Shown: positions 1-8,250, counted from the stretch's first letter. The stretch: 38,748 nucleotides of DNA from Sphaerochaetaceae bacterium (GCA_963598715.1 CAVBWE010000041.1:1-38748), one strand, 5' to 3'. The notes: generated by a model not told the origin, from the sequence alone. Numbers and translations are program-made.

Positions 1-1
1 G

Positions 2-469
2 GAATACACAGTACACTGGGTAGGACCCATCGAAAATGATGTCGAGGAAGCAATAAAAAACTTTATGACATCCAATATTAAAACCTATGGTTTTCAGAAT
101 ATCAGTTCTCAGCTGGTTTTAGGACTGATGGAACGATGTGACTTTTTAATTTACCCGTCAGGGGTTGAAGGAGTTCCAGGAGGAGTATTAAATGCAATGA
201 AAAATGGCTTAATACCTCTGGTGACTCCATGGGCGTCTTTTGATGGAATAGAAAGCTGTGGATTTGTCATGAAGGATGCTGACGAAATCGGAATTGAATC
301 TGCAATACACTGGGCCATGAATTTATCAAAGGAAGAGATCAATGAGCGTAAAAAATATTGTCAGAATTTCGTTTTAGAAAATTATAACATAAATCAATTT
401 ACAAAAGAATTTGAAGATTTCATGAGAAAAAGCATTGCATCTTTTGATAGAGAAAACACTAATAATTAA
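2..469 (+). CDS. Glycosyltransferase (GT1-like), C-terminal fragment; 5' end lies outside the window
   Basis: The frame of ORF 65..469 stays open back to the window edge (EYTVHWVGPIENDVEEAIKNF-M...). GT1-type C-terminal motif VEGVPGGVLNAMKNGLIPLVTP. From the first 120 nt counted by hand this gene is markedly AT-rich (about 37% GC), versus an estimated ~50% for the rest of the window. Confidence 0.55.
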   Translation, partial: EYTVHWVGPIENDVEEAIKNFMTSNIKTYGFQNISSQLVLGLMERCDFLIYPSGVEGVPGGVLNAMKNGLIPLVTPWASFDGIESCGFVMKDADEIGIESAIHWAMNLSKEEINERKKYCQNFVLENYNINQFTKEFEDFMRKSIASFDRENTNN

Positions 470-1563
470 TTGCGACAATATACCTCTTCCATAAGTCGTG
501 CCGTATCCCTGATATCATATCCGGCTTCCCGGATGGAGGGGGACATGTCTTTTCTTTCTGTTCCGTCTGAGAGAAGGGCATTTATTCTCTCCGCCCAGGA
601 CGACGGGGAGAAAGCAAGAGACAGTCTGCATACGTTGTCCGTCACATCAGCTTCATGCGGCACCATGTCCGAAACAAGGCATTTCAATCCTGAGCACTGT
701 GCCTCTATCAAAGATATTCCAAGCCCTTCATAGAGTGAAGGAAAGAGGAAAAGATCAAAGCCCTGAAGAAGTCCGTTAACGTCCGGCCTTGCTCCTGTAA
801 GGATTACCTTTCCCTCAAGGTCAAGTCTCACGATTGTGTTCTCGATATCCGTCCTCAGCGGTCCCTCCCCGGTCAGGACAAGCAGAGCCTTCGGATTGAT
901 CAGAAGATATTGCCTGAACACTTCCAGGATGAAGGGATGGTTCTTGGGGTGAGTGAAGGACCCTACGTGGCCTATGACGCTGTAATCCGTCCAGCCGTTT
1001 TCCTTCCTTACCTCATTCCGCCTTGATTCGGAATATGAAAAGAGGGATGTATCTATGCCGTTCTTGAGAACGGTATATTCACTGTGGTTTCCGTAAAGCC
1101 ATTTTCCCGCCATATCGGAGCAGGCAAGTCTTGTAACCTTCACCCTTGCCAGAAGCGGTCTGAAAAGCCTGTGGAAAAACGGATGATAGAGGGTACTTGT
1201 CGAATGGGAATGAACAATGACCTTCCTTATTCCGGCCTTTCTTGCCGTACAGGCACTCATATAACCGTCCATCGCCTGCTGGGTATGAATATGAAAGACA
1301 TCGAACCTGTCCCTGTTTTCCCTGAGGAAAATCGAGAGCGAGTGCATCCGGTCGAGTATGGGGACGCGGCAGTATCCGAGTTCCTGATGATATATCTCTC
1401 CGCCGAGGGCATATATTTCGTCATCATATGCGCCCTTCTCGTTCAGGGTGCAGAGAAAATCAAACGTTACGCTCTTTCTGTCAATGACACGAAAGATGCT
1501 CATTATCAGGGTTTCCTCGCCTCCGCGGTTCATCACGGCAACATAATGAAGAACTCTGGTCAT
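466..1563 (-). CDS. Glycosyltransferase family 1 (GT4, EpsF-like)
   Basis: 365-aa ORF. N-terminus VLHYVAVMNRGGEETLIMSIFRVIDR..FDFLC and C-terminal motif FPSLYEGLGISLIEAQCSGLKCLVSD are typical of GT4 retaining glycosyltransferases. Confidence 0.85.
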   Translation of the reverse strand: MTRVLHYVAVMNRGGEETLIMSIFRVIDRKSVTFDFLCTLNEKGAYDDEIYALGGEIYHQELGYCRVPILDRMHSLSIFLRENRDRFDVFHIHTQQAMDGYMSACTARKAGIRKVIVHSHSTSTLYHPFFHRLFRPLLARVKVTRLACSDMAGKWLYGNHSEYTVLKNGIDTSLFSYSESRRNEVRKENGWTDYSVIGHVGSFTHPKNHPFILEVFRQYLLINPKALLVLTGEGPLRTDIENTIVRLDLEGKVILTGARPDVNGLLQGFDLFLFPSLYEGLGISLIEAQCSGLKCLVSDMVPHEADVTDNVCRLSLAFSPSSWAERINALLSDGTERKDMSPSIREAGYDIRDTARLMEEVYCRN

Positions 1564-1739
1564 TGTTTCGTCCCCTTTCCATATCTTTCCCGGCTCATTG
1601 CACTTCCTGCCGGCTTACAGGTTTTTCTTTCAGGCTAAATAATCAGCGAAAGGGCCGGATTGGTCAATTGCCGTCTCCTCCTTTCAAATCTGCAATCATT
1701 GTTGTAGACTTCTTCAGGTTCATCCCGGCCGGAGACAGT

Positions 1740-2111
1740 GTAGTATGTTATATAATTGAATATATTGTCAGCTGATTCTCAGGAATCATCTTCGATTATG
1801 CCCTGATATTCAACCGCCCCGTTCTTTATGCAGATACATCATTTGACCCCATTGTCTATGATGCCGACTGGCTGGATGAGGAGATGTGGGCACTGAGGGT
1901 TCTTCCTGAACTCGGAATGAGGCTTGAGGAGAAGGACATCCCGAACATAAAGGAAATCATCGGAAATGCAGCAGAAAGCGTTTCTCTCGGGAAAGGACGT
2001 GAAGAAGTGAGGAAAATGTGTTTGAGCCACAGCGGTGAAAGCAGTAAACTTGTGGTGGACTATCTGGTCCGGAAAAAAAAGAGCCTCAGGGAGATGAAAG
2101 GAAATGATTAA
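1740..2111 (+). pseudogene. Remnant of a TagF/TagB-family CDP-glycerol glycerophosphotransferase (C-terminal ~120 codons only, with an in-frame TGA at 1773-1775)
   Basis: My translation of the frame containing ORF 1884..2111, read upstream, gives YIIEYIVS*FSGIIFDYALIFNRPVLYADTSFDPIVYDADW.... This aligns with the conserved TagF C-terminal block LISDCLITDYSSVMFDYGILKRPQFFFAYD. The stop codon sits where the conserved Asp is expected. I saw no N-terminal or catalytic part upstream. Confidence 0.45.
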
Positions 2112-3177
2112 CTTTACGGTCGGTCCGGTACAGTCAGACGAAAGAATAAGGGAAATGGGGCGAAGTCAGGTTCCATATTTCAGGACACCGGAATTCTCAG
2201 AGGTCATGCTTGAAAGCGAGAGGCTATTTCTCAAGGATGCCTTTGCCCCTGAAGGGTCAAGGGCAGTCTTCATCACGGCAAGCGGTACCGCTTCGATGGA
2301 AGCAGCCGTAATGAACACCCTCACTCCGGCTGACAGGGCTATCGTCGTGAACGGAGGAAGCTTCGGTGAACGCTTTGAGAAAATGCTGACGCTGCACCAT
2401 ATACCGCACTCCGTCATATCACTTGAACCCGGAGAGCCCCTTGAGGAGAAGCACCTCGAAAAATACGAAGGTAAAGGCTATACTGCGTTTCTCGTGAACA
2501 TACACGAAACGTCTACGGGGGTTCATTATGACAGTGACCTCATTTCACGCTTTTCAGCACGAAACGGACTGTTTCTGATTGTCGATGCCATCTCATCCTT
2601 TCTTGCCGATGAATTCAACATGGAGAAAACCGGAGCCGATATCATGATTACAGGCTCACAGAAGGCCCTTGCATGCCCTCCGGGAGTATCTCTCATAGCT
2701 CTCTCGCCGCGTGCCGTGAGACGTGTAACTGACACAGACTGTCCGTGCATGTATCTTGACCTGAAGGATGCGCTTCTAAATCAGGAAAGAGGACAGACCC
2801 CCTTCACTCCGGCAGTCATGACACTGCTGCAGATAAACGAACGTCTGAAGGAAATTGATGAAAAGGGCGGCGTGGCGGAAGAGACGAAAAGGATCCGTGA
2901 CCTTGCCTTTTATTTCAGAAACGGCATAAGAGACCTTCCCTTTGAAATCTTCTCCTCATCCCTTTCCAATGCGGTGACCCCGCTTCATCCGCTCACGGCT
3001 TCTGCATACACCATCTTCACTGTCCTGAAGGATGAATACGGAATTTGGATATGTCCCAACGGAGGAAAACTGAAGGAAAGCGTTTTCCGTGTCGGTCATA
3101 TCGGTGCGCTTACACGTTCAGATTATGATACACTCATTGCGGCATTCCATGATTTACGGAAAAGGAAAATCATCTGA
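2104..3177 (+). CDS. PLP-dependent aminotransferase, class V (serine-pyruvate / AGT / PhnW-like)
   Basis: 357-aa ORF with GAAAGGA RBS. Motifs FTVGPV, ASGTASMEAAV, IVDAISSF, ITGSQKALACPPG (PLP lysine) and C-terminal FRVGHIG are typical of class V aminotransferases. Substrate cannot be read from sequence. Confidence 0.85.
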   Translation: MINFTVGPVQSDERIREMGRSQVPYFRTPEFSEVMLESERLFLKDAFAPEGSRAVFITASGTASMEAAVMNTLTPADRAIVVNGGSFGERFEKMLTLHHIPHSVISLEPGEPLEEKHLEKYEGKGYTAFLVNIHETSTGVHYDSDLISRFSARNGLFLIVDAISSFLADEFNMEKTGADIMITGSQKALACPPGVSLIALSPRAVRRVTDTDCPCMYLDLKDALLNQERGQTPFTPAVMTLLQINERLKEIDEKGGVAEETKRIRDLAFYFRNGIRDLPFEIFSSSLSNAVTPLHPLTASAYTIFTVLKDEYGIWICPNGGKLKESVFRVGHIGALTRSDYDTLIAAFHDLRKRKII

Positions 3178-4523
3178 TGACACGTGTTATCACATACGGC
3201 ACCTATGATCTGCTGCACTACGGCCACATAAGGCTTCTCGAAAGGGCAAAGGCACTGGGGGACTACCTTATAGTCGGGGTGACGGCTGATGACTACGACA
3301 AGCAGCGCGGAAAGATTAATGTGAAGCAGTCCCTGATGGAGCGGATCGAGGGCGTACGGGCAACCGGGCTTGCCGATGAAATCATAGTCGAGGAATACGA
3401 GGGACAGAAGATAGACGACATAAAGCGCTACAGCATCGACATCTTCACTGTCGGTTCCGACTGGAAGGGAAAATTCGACTATCTCTCGAAGTACTGCCGG
3501 GTTATATACCTTGAAAGGACAGAAGGCATCTCGTCCTCGGAGATCCGGAGTTCCGTGAGCAGAAAAAGAATCGGAATCGCAGGAGATACTGTCGTTGCGC
3601 GGAAATTTCTTGATGAATGCAGGTACGTCAACGGCATGGAGGCGGGAGGCATATATACAAATAACCGCAGCCTCTTCCCGACGGGTGAAAAGGAGAATTC
3701 CGTCTTTTACGAGAGCTATGACTCGCTTCTCGACTCGGTTGACTGCGTTTACATAGCATCCGAGCCCGGCCTCCACTACAGCCAGATAAGATCGGCACTT
3801 GAGAAGAAGAAGCATGTGATTGTGGAGTCTCCCGTCACCCTTTCGCTTTCATCGCTCGACACCCTGGAAAAGCTTGCAGAGAAGAACGGGTGCGTTCTCA
3901 TGGATGCGGTGAAGACCGCATACTCAACGGCCTACTCCCGGCTCATCCTCATGGCCAAGACCGGAGTCATAGGAGATATAGTGTCTGTTGATGCAACAGC
4001 AACAAGCCTCCGGGACATCAGCCTGATAAGAGAACGGCGTTTTGAGAACACATGGAACAGCATCTGCGACTGGGGACCGCTTTCTCTTCTTCCGGTATTC
4101 CAGCTTCTCGGGACCGATTACAAATCAAAGAGGATAACATCCAGGCTGGAAGACTCAGCTGTGTCATTCGATTCTTTCACAAAGATCGACTTTCTCTACG
4201 ACAGGGCCGTTGCATCGGTAAAGATTGCAAAGGGAGCAAAGAGCGAGGGCGAACTTGTAATCTCGGGAAGCAGAGGATACATCTATGTTCCGGCACCGTG
4301 GTGGAAAACCGATTATTTTGAAGTAAGGTACGAAAACGCAACCGACAACAGAAGGTACTTCTATCAGCTCGACGGAGAAGGAATAAGATATGAAATCATT
4401 GCGTTTCTCAGGGAAATCGAACACCGCTCGGGTTTTTCCAATGTAGAGAATACCGTCACGAAGGCCATTGTCTCGGTTATAGAAGACTTCTACGAAAAAA
4501 AAGACTTCTACGAAATAAAGTAG
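3177..4523 (+). CDS. Bifunctional protein: TagD-type glycerol-3-phosphate cytidylyltransferase (N-terminal ~130 aa) fused to a Gfo/Idh/MocA-family NAD(P) oxidoreductase
   Basis: The N-terminus VITYGTYDLLHYGHIRLLERAKALGDYLIVGV...VGSDWKGKFDYL...YLERTEGISSSEIR aligns almost colinearly with B. subtilis TagD as I recall it. The remainder (RIGIAGDTVVARKF...VYIASEPGLHYSQIRSALEKKKHVIVESP...) has the Gfo/Idh/MocA Rossmann plus EKP-like (ESP) pattern. Its start overlaps the aminotransferase stop by 1 nt. Confidence 0.8.
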   Translation: MTRVITYGTYDLLHYGHIRLLERAKALGDYLIVGVTADDYDKQRGKINVKQSLMERIEGVRATGLADEIIVEEYEGQKIDDIKRYSIDIFTVGSDWKGKFDYLSKYCRVIYLERTEGISSSEIRSSVSRKRIGIAGDTVVARKFLDECRYVNGMEAGGIYTNNRSLFPTGEKENSVFYESYDSLLDSVDCVYIASEPGLHYSQIRSALEKKKHVIVESPVTLSLSSLDTLEKLAEKNGCVLMDAVKTAYSTAYSRLILMAKTGVIGDIVSVDATATSLRDISLIRERRFENTWNSICDWGPLSLLPVFQLLGTDYKSKRITSRLEDSAVSFDSFTKIDFLYDRAVASVKIAKGAKSEGELVISGSRGYIYVPAPWWKTDYFEVRYENATDNRRYFYQLDGEGIRYEIIAFLREIEHRSGFSNVENTVTKAIVSVIEDFYEKKDFYEIK

Positions 4524-4645
4524 AAGTCTCACGGCGGCAGAAAAGAGGCTGGAAGAAGGCTGCAGTTTCCGCCCGGCAGCGCAAGAAGCGGAAGGCCATC
4601 GGGAAAAACTCAAGGCCATGAATGGCAGACCGGAGGACATAAGCC

Positions 4646-4672
4646 TTTCTGCCCCGTTAAACGGAGCAGAAA
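4646..4672. terminator. Hairpin between convergent genes (candidate bidirectional terminator; weak U-tract)
   Basis: TTTCTGCCCCG-ttaaa-CGGAGCAGAAA forms a stem of about 10 pairs with one G-U/mismatch. It ends 5 nt from the lysC stop (4677-4679). The flanking T-run is poor on both strands. Confidence 0.35.
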
Positions 4673-4676
4673 CATT

Positions 4677-6032
4677 TCATCCGAATATCCTTTCGGAAAT
4701 GACGGAGACAGCCTCGTTCTTCCTTTTTTCTTCGAGAGCAATGAGGAAAGTCATGGCTGAGCCGCCAAGGGAAAGGGAAACGGGGTGTATTGATTTCTCC
4801 CTGAGAGATGACAGGGCATCCGCGTATTCCATCGTCTCATCGATGTGAGAGCCGACTATGCCCACAACGGCATATCCCTTTTCAAGCTCTGCCTCATCAA
4901 GAGAGAACTCCTCACGGAGGATGCCGGCAAGAGCAGGGTAATCACAGTCTCCTGCACTCTTTGTTTCAAAGTACCAGCTTACGGAGTCGGAGCCGTAGAA
5001 TGTATATGATGGCCGTATTCCGTATTCAGAGAGGCGGGAGAGGATTCTCTCAAGTATGCTTCTTTCCTTGAAGAGCATGAGACGGCGCACACGGACTCTT
5101 GAAAGATCTCCCTTCCCGGAGACTCCGACAGCGCCCCTGTGGGATGTTTTTTCCCTTATGAAGGTACCGCGGTCGGACGGAGAATTCGTATTGCGTATAT
5201 TGACGGGAATTTTCTTGTCTATGCACGGCGCTATTGCCTCCTCGTGGAAGACCGAGGCTCCGACTTCACTGAACTCCCGTACTTCGGTGTAGGACAGGTT
5301 ATCTATGACGCGGGCGTTCTTCACAAGGCGGGGATCCGAAGAATATACACCGGAGACATCTGTCCAGTTCTCATACACATCCGCATCAACGGCAGCACTC
5401 ACGATTGCTCCGGTGATGTCGCTGCCTCCGCGGGAGAAAGTTACGATGTCGCCGCTGAGGGACGTCCCGTAGAAGCCGGGAATTACATATTTTCCGCCCC
5501 TGCCTATCTTTTCACGGAGCGTCGTGTAGGTTATATCCTCAATTCTGTTGTCGTCACCTATTACTATCACACCCTCAGAATCAAGGAAGTTCCATCCGAG
5601 ATATTTCGATATCAGGAGAGCCGAAAGATACTCGCCCCTGCTTGCACAGTATGCACGTCCCCTTCCCTCCAGGATTGCGTTCTTCACAAGAAGAAGCTCG
5701 CTGTCGACGGCATCCCTTCCCAGCTCCAGGCCTTCAGCTATGTCACGATAGCGCGACGAGATTCTCTCATAGACGCTCTCGATCGACTCTCCCCTTTTTC
5801 TGAGGGCTTCGCATTCATAGAGCATGTCCGTTATCTTCTCATCATCCGGATTTCTCTTTCCCGGGGCCGAGACGACTATGACAGTACGGTCTCTGTCCTC
5901 TTCCGTTATCATCCTTACTTTTCTTATCTGGTCTGCCGTTGCTACGCTTGACCCGCCGAATTTACATACCTTCACTCTTTTGGTCCTCCATCCTGAGGTT
6001 AATCCAGATAAGACGTTTTCTTCAAGATTCAT
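4677..6032 (-). CDS. lysC: Aspartate kinase
   Basis: 451-aa ORF. KFGGSSVATADQIRKV and VVVSAPGKRN kinase motifs, with a C-terminal ACT-like regulatory region. Confidence 0.9.
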   Translation of the reverse strand: MNLEENVLSGLTSGWRTKRVKVCKFGGSSVATADQIRKVRMITEEDRDRTVIVVSAPGKRNPDDEKITDMLYECEALRKRGESIESVYERISSRYRDIAEGLELGRDAVDSELLLVKNAILEGRGRAYCASRGEYLSALLISKYLGWNFLDSEGVIVIGDDNRIEDITYTTLREKIGRGGKYVIPGFYGTSLSGDIVTFSRGGSDITGAIVSAAVDADVYENWTDVSGVYSSDPRLVKNARVIDNLSYTEVREFSEVGASVFHEEAIAPCIDKKIPVNIRNTNSPSDRGTFIREKTSHRGAVGVSGKGDLSRVRVRRLMLFKERSILERILSRLSEYGIRPSYTFYGSDSVSWYFETKSAGDCDYPALAGILREEFSLDEAELEKGYAVVGIVGSHIDETMEYADALSSLREKSIHPVSLSLGGSAMTFLIALEEKRKNEAVSVISERIFG

Positions 6033-6083
6033 TTCCGCTTTGAGTCATTTCATCCGGTATCGCCTTCCTTCATTCCCATTCAG

Positions 6084-6120
6084 GATTGAAATAATGTAAT
6101 ACATCATTACAGATTCAATC
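6084..6120. promoter_or_regulatory. AT-rich imperfect palindrome 50-90 nt upstream of the lysC start (operator or 5'-UTR hairpin candidate)
   Basis: In GATTGAA-ataa-TGTAAT-acatc-ATTACA-ga-TTCAATC the two arms (7 bp and 6 bp) are exact reverse complements. Confidence 0.3.
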
Positions 6121-6327
6121 GGAAAAACGGAAAAGGCATCCTATGTCTTTCAAACGGCATGAGACAGCAGAAAACGAAGAGAGCACATAAGAGGCACTTC
6201 AGGACAGACGAAAGCCTCAGGGAAGAAAGGATTTCATGAGAGAGAGCTTCTCTATCGGATCTCAGGCTTTTGTCCTCCGGCTTCCGAAATCACCTGTTAC
6301 GGGAAGATCGAACTTCACGAGGCTTTT

Positions 6328-6395
6328 AAGTCATCTCTTCTCCCTTTCTGCTTTTTTCAGCTGAAAACAAAAGAAAAGAGATGACTTTTTCTTCC
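6328..6395 (+). terminator. Strong intrinsic-terminator-like hairpin with a T-tract, plus-strand orientation, with no plus-strand CDS upstream
   Basis: AAGTCATCTCTT (6328-6339) pairs perfectly with AAGAGATGACTT (6376-6387). The apex is the palindrome TTTTCAGCTGAAAA. TTTTTCTT follows immediately. On the minus strand the hairpin is followed by TAAAAGCC, which is not a terminator context. Confidence 0.4.
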
Positions 6396-6576
6396 AGCAA
6401 CTGATCTGATATCGCATTGACGCACGGCGCTGTGGCGGTAAAAGGCACATACGGGCTGAATTTCTTCAAAAACCCGGATTCGTGTTCCGGCAGCAGTCAA
6501 GGAAGGACTGTACAATGCAAAACATCACTTCCTGCGCTTATTGAAAGATTCTTCCATAAATTCCATCATTACCTCT

Positions 6577-7932
6577 ATGGATAATGGAGATACCAGGGAA
6601 AATGTAATGGGAACCGCGAAAGTTCCCGGACTGCTCATGAAAATATCACTGCCGCTCATGATAAGCATGCTCGTGCAGGCTCTGTACAACATCGTCGACT
6701 CGATTTTCGTTGCGATGCTCAGCGAGAAGGCGCTGACTGCAGTCTCGCTCGTATTCCCCCTCCAGAACCTCCTGATTGCATTCGGCGTCGGAACAGGTGT
6801 CGGCATGGCATCGTTCATGTCCCGCAAGCTGGGAGAAAACGACACGGAGTCAGCTGAAACGGCAGCAGGGAACGGACTTACCGTGGCCTTCATCACGTGG
6901 GTAGCATTTGCCGTGCTGGCACTTGCATTCTCGAAGCCGTTCCTTTCACTCTACACATCCGACGAGGAGCTCCTGGGCCTCTCGAACACCTACTCGCTCA
7001 TTGTAATGGTCTTCTCGCTCTTCATGTTTCTTACCATGATGAATGAACGCATCCTCCAGGGAACGGGTGACTCCTTCTCAAGCATGCTCAGCCAGCTCAG
7101 CGGAGCCGTAACCAACATCATACTCGACCCCGTGTTCATATTCACGTTCGACCTCGGTGTTGCGGGAGCTGCAATTGCCACTGTCCTGGGACAGGTTGTC
7201 TCGTTCATCGTATCGGTACACCGTGTCAGACGGAACAGATACATCTCAATCCGCCGTCATCATCTGAAGCTGAAGAAGCAGATTGTCAGATCAATTTATC
7301 AGGTAGGCGCTCCCACAATAGTCACGAACAGCATAAGCACGGTCATGACAAGCGCCCTCAACGGCATCCTGATAGCCTTCTCGACTACTGCAGTGTCCGT
7401 ATTCTCAGTCTATTTCAAGCTTCAGTCTTTCGTCTTCATGCCCATTTTCGGACTCTCGAGCGGTATGATTCCCATCATTGCCTACAACTACGGAGCCGGC
7501 AAAAGGAGCAGGATCACGGAGACCGTGAAAATCGGAACACTTACAGGCATGATAATCATGGCCTTCGGCACTCTCTGCTTCAATCTCTTCCCCACATGGC
7601 TTCTCTCCCTCTTCAGTGCATCGGAAGAAATGTATGCCATAGGGCGTCCTGCTCTCAGGATCATCTCACTGTGCTTCGTCTTTGCAGCCGTATCGATAGG
7701 GCTCTCGTCATCGTTCCAGGCAACAGGATTCGGCATGGGGACACTCATAACTTCGACTCTTCGTCAGCTTGTTGTCCTTATTCCCGCAGCATTCGTCTTC
7801 AGCCGCATCCGCGGTCTCATCGGCGTATGGTGGGCCTTTCCCTTTGCGGAGGTCTTCGGCCTTGCAATTTCAATTGTACTGTACAGCTACGTCTACAGGA
7901 CAAGAATCAGCAGGACTCCGGACAATGTCTGA
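6577..7932 (+). CDS. MATE-family multidrug/toxic-compound efflux transporter
   Basis: MGTAKVPGLLMKISLPLMISMLVQALYNIVDSIFVA is the canonical MATE N-terminus, and there are about 12 hydrophobic segments. The listed ORF starts at a TTG at 6541. ATG 6577 (MDNGDTRENVMGT...) is preferred, with ATG 6607 as an alternative. Confidence 0.85.
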   Translation: MDNGDTRENVMGTAKVPGLLMKISLPLMISMLVQALYNIVDSIFVAMLSEKALTAVSLVFPLQNLLIAFGVGTGVGMASFMSRKLGENDTESAETAAGNGLTVAFITWVAFAVLALAFSKPFLSLYTSDEELLGLSNTYSLIVMVFSLFMFLTMMNERILQGTGDSFSSMLSQLSGAVTNIILDPVFIFTFDLGVAGAAIATVLGQVVSFIVSVHRVRRNRYISIRRHHLKLKKQIVRSIYQVGAPTIVTNSISTVMTSALNGILIAFSTTAVSVFSVYFKLQSFVFMPIFGLSSGMIPIIAYNYGAGKRSRITETVKIGTLTGMIIMAFGTLCFNLFPTWLLSLFSASEEMYAIGRPALRIISLCFVFAAVSIGLSSSFQATGFGMGTLITSTLRQLVVLIPAAFVFSRIRGLIGVWWAFPFAEVFGLAISIVLYSYVYRTRISRTPDNV

Positions 7933-8003
7933 AAAAGAACTGCTGTTTTGCGGAATCTCCCGGCAGCGGGCATGACGGCAGACCCTTTTTCACTGAAGAC
8001 CGG

Positions 8004-8030
8004 ACAGCATGGATGCTGTTCTGTGTTTTT
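8004..8030 (+). terminator. Candidate terminator after the MATE gene
   Basis: ACAGCAT-gg-ATGCTGT hairpin, extendable by G-U and G-C pairs, followed by tctgtgTTTTT. The T-run is separated from the stem by 6 nt, so this call is marginal. Confidence 0.3.
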
Positions 8031-8182
8031 ACGGCCTGTAATCGTCTGAAACCGGGGAAAAATGTATTTTTATCCACAATTTTTAACAAGATTAATTTGC
8101 ATAAATACAAATAATTATGAAAAGTTTCATATTTCAACCTGAATAATTTTTGTTTCTTTTTGTATTTTTATGCAAAACCGTG

Positions 8183-8211
8183 TTGACGTTATATTCAAAA
8201 GAGCATACTGT
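8183..8211 (+). promoter_or_regulatory. Sigma70-like promoter candidate for the amino-acid ABC operon
   Basis: TTGACG (8183-8188), 17-nt spacer, TACTGT (8206-8211), preceded by a very AT-rich upstream region and about 40 nt upstream of the ATG at 8251. Confidence 0.35.
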
Positions 8212-8250
8212 AGTCCACGTCGGAAGACATACATAAAGGAAGAACATAAA

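Noticed and set aside
1773-1775. In-frame TGA in the TagF-like reading frame as selenocysteine or programmed readthrough
   Set aside because: The codon replaces a conserved Asp rather than a Cys/Sec position. I saw no SECIS-like hairpin directly downstream, and the catalytic N-terminal part of the gene is missing. Gene decay is the simpler explanation.
1563-1775. 70-aa ORF 1563..1775 and 75-aa ORF 1884..2111 as independent small genes
   Set aside because: The translation of 1563..1739 has no protein-like features. 1884..2111 is simply the tail of the TagF-like reading frame, which continues open upstream to 1776 without a start codon or RBS of its own.
5139-5951. Long antisense ORFs inside well-supported genes: 5139..5951, 3123..3815, 1084..1638, 17395..18030, 19172..20038, 23285..23893, 24027..24599, 36598..37143, 37222..37764, 12036..12545
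   Set aside because: Each lies wholly within a CDS that has strong family motifs on the opposite strand. Each gives Arg/Ser/Pro/Cys-rich or otherwise non-protein-like translations and lacks an RBS context. They are typical shadow ORFs at ~50% GC.
6100-6400. Possible lysine riboswitch (L-box) in the long leader upstream of aspartate kinase
   Set aside because: I looked on both strands for the ordered L-box core motifs as I remember them (AGAGGCGC ... GAGUA ... GCCGAAG ... CUGG ... CUGUCA ... GGAGAGC). Only scattered near-matches were found (AGAGGCAC on the plus strand; GCCGGAGG and CTGTCC on the minus strand), in the wrong order or on the wrong strand, and there is no GAGTA. The only convincing terminator points away from lysC. 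This needs cmscan; it is not claimed.
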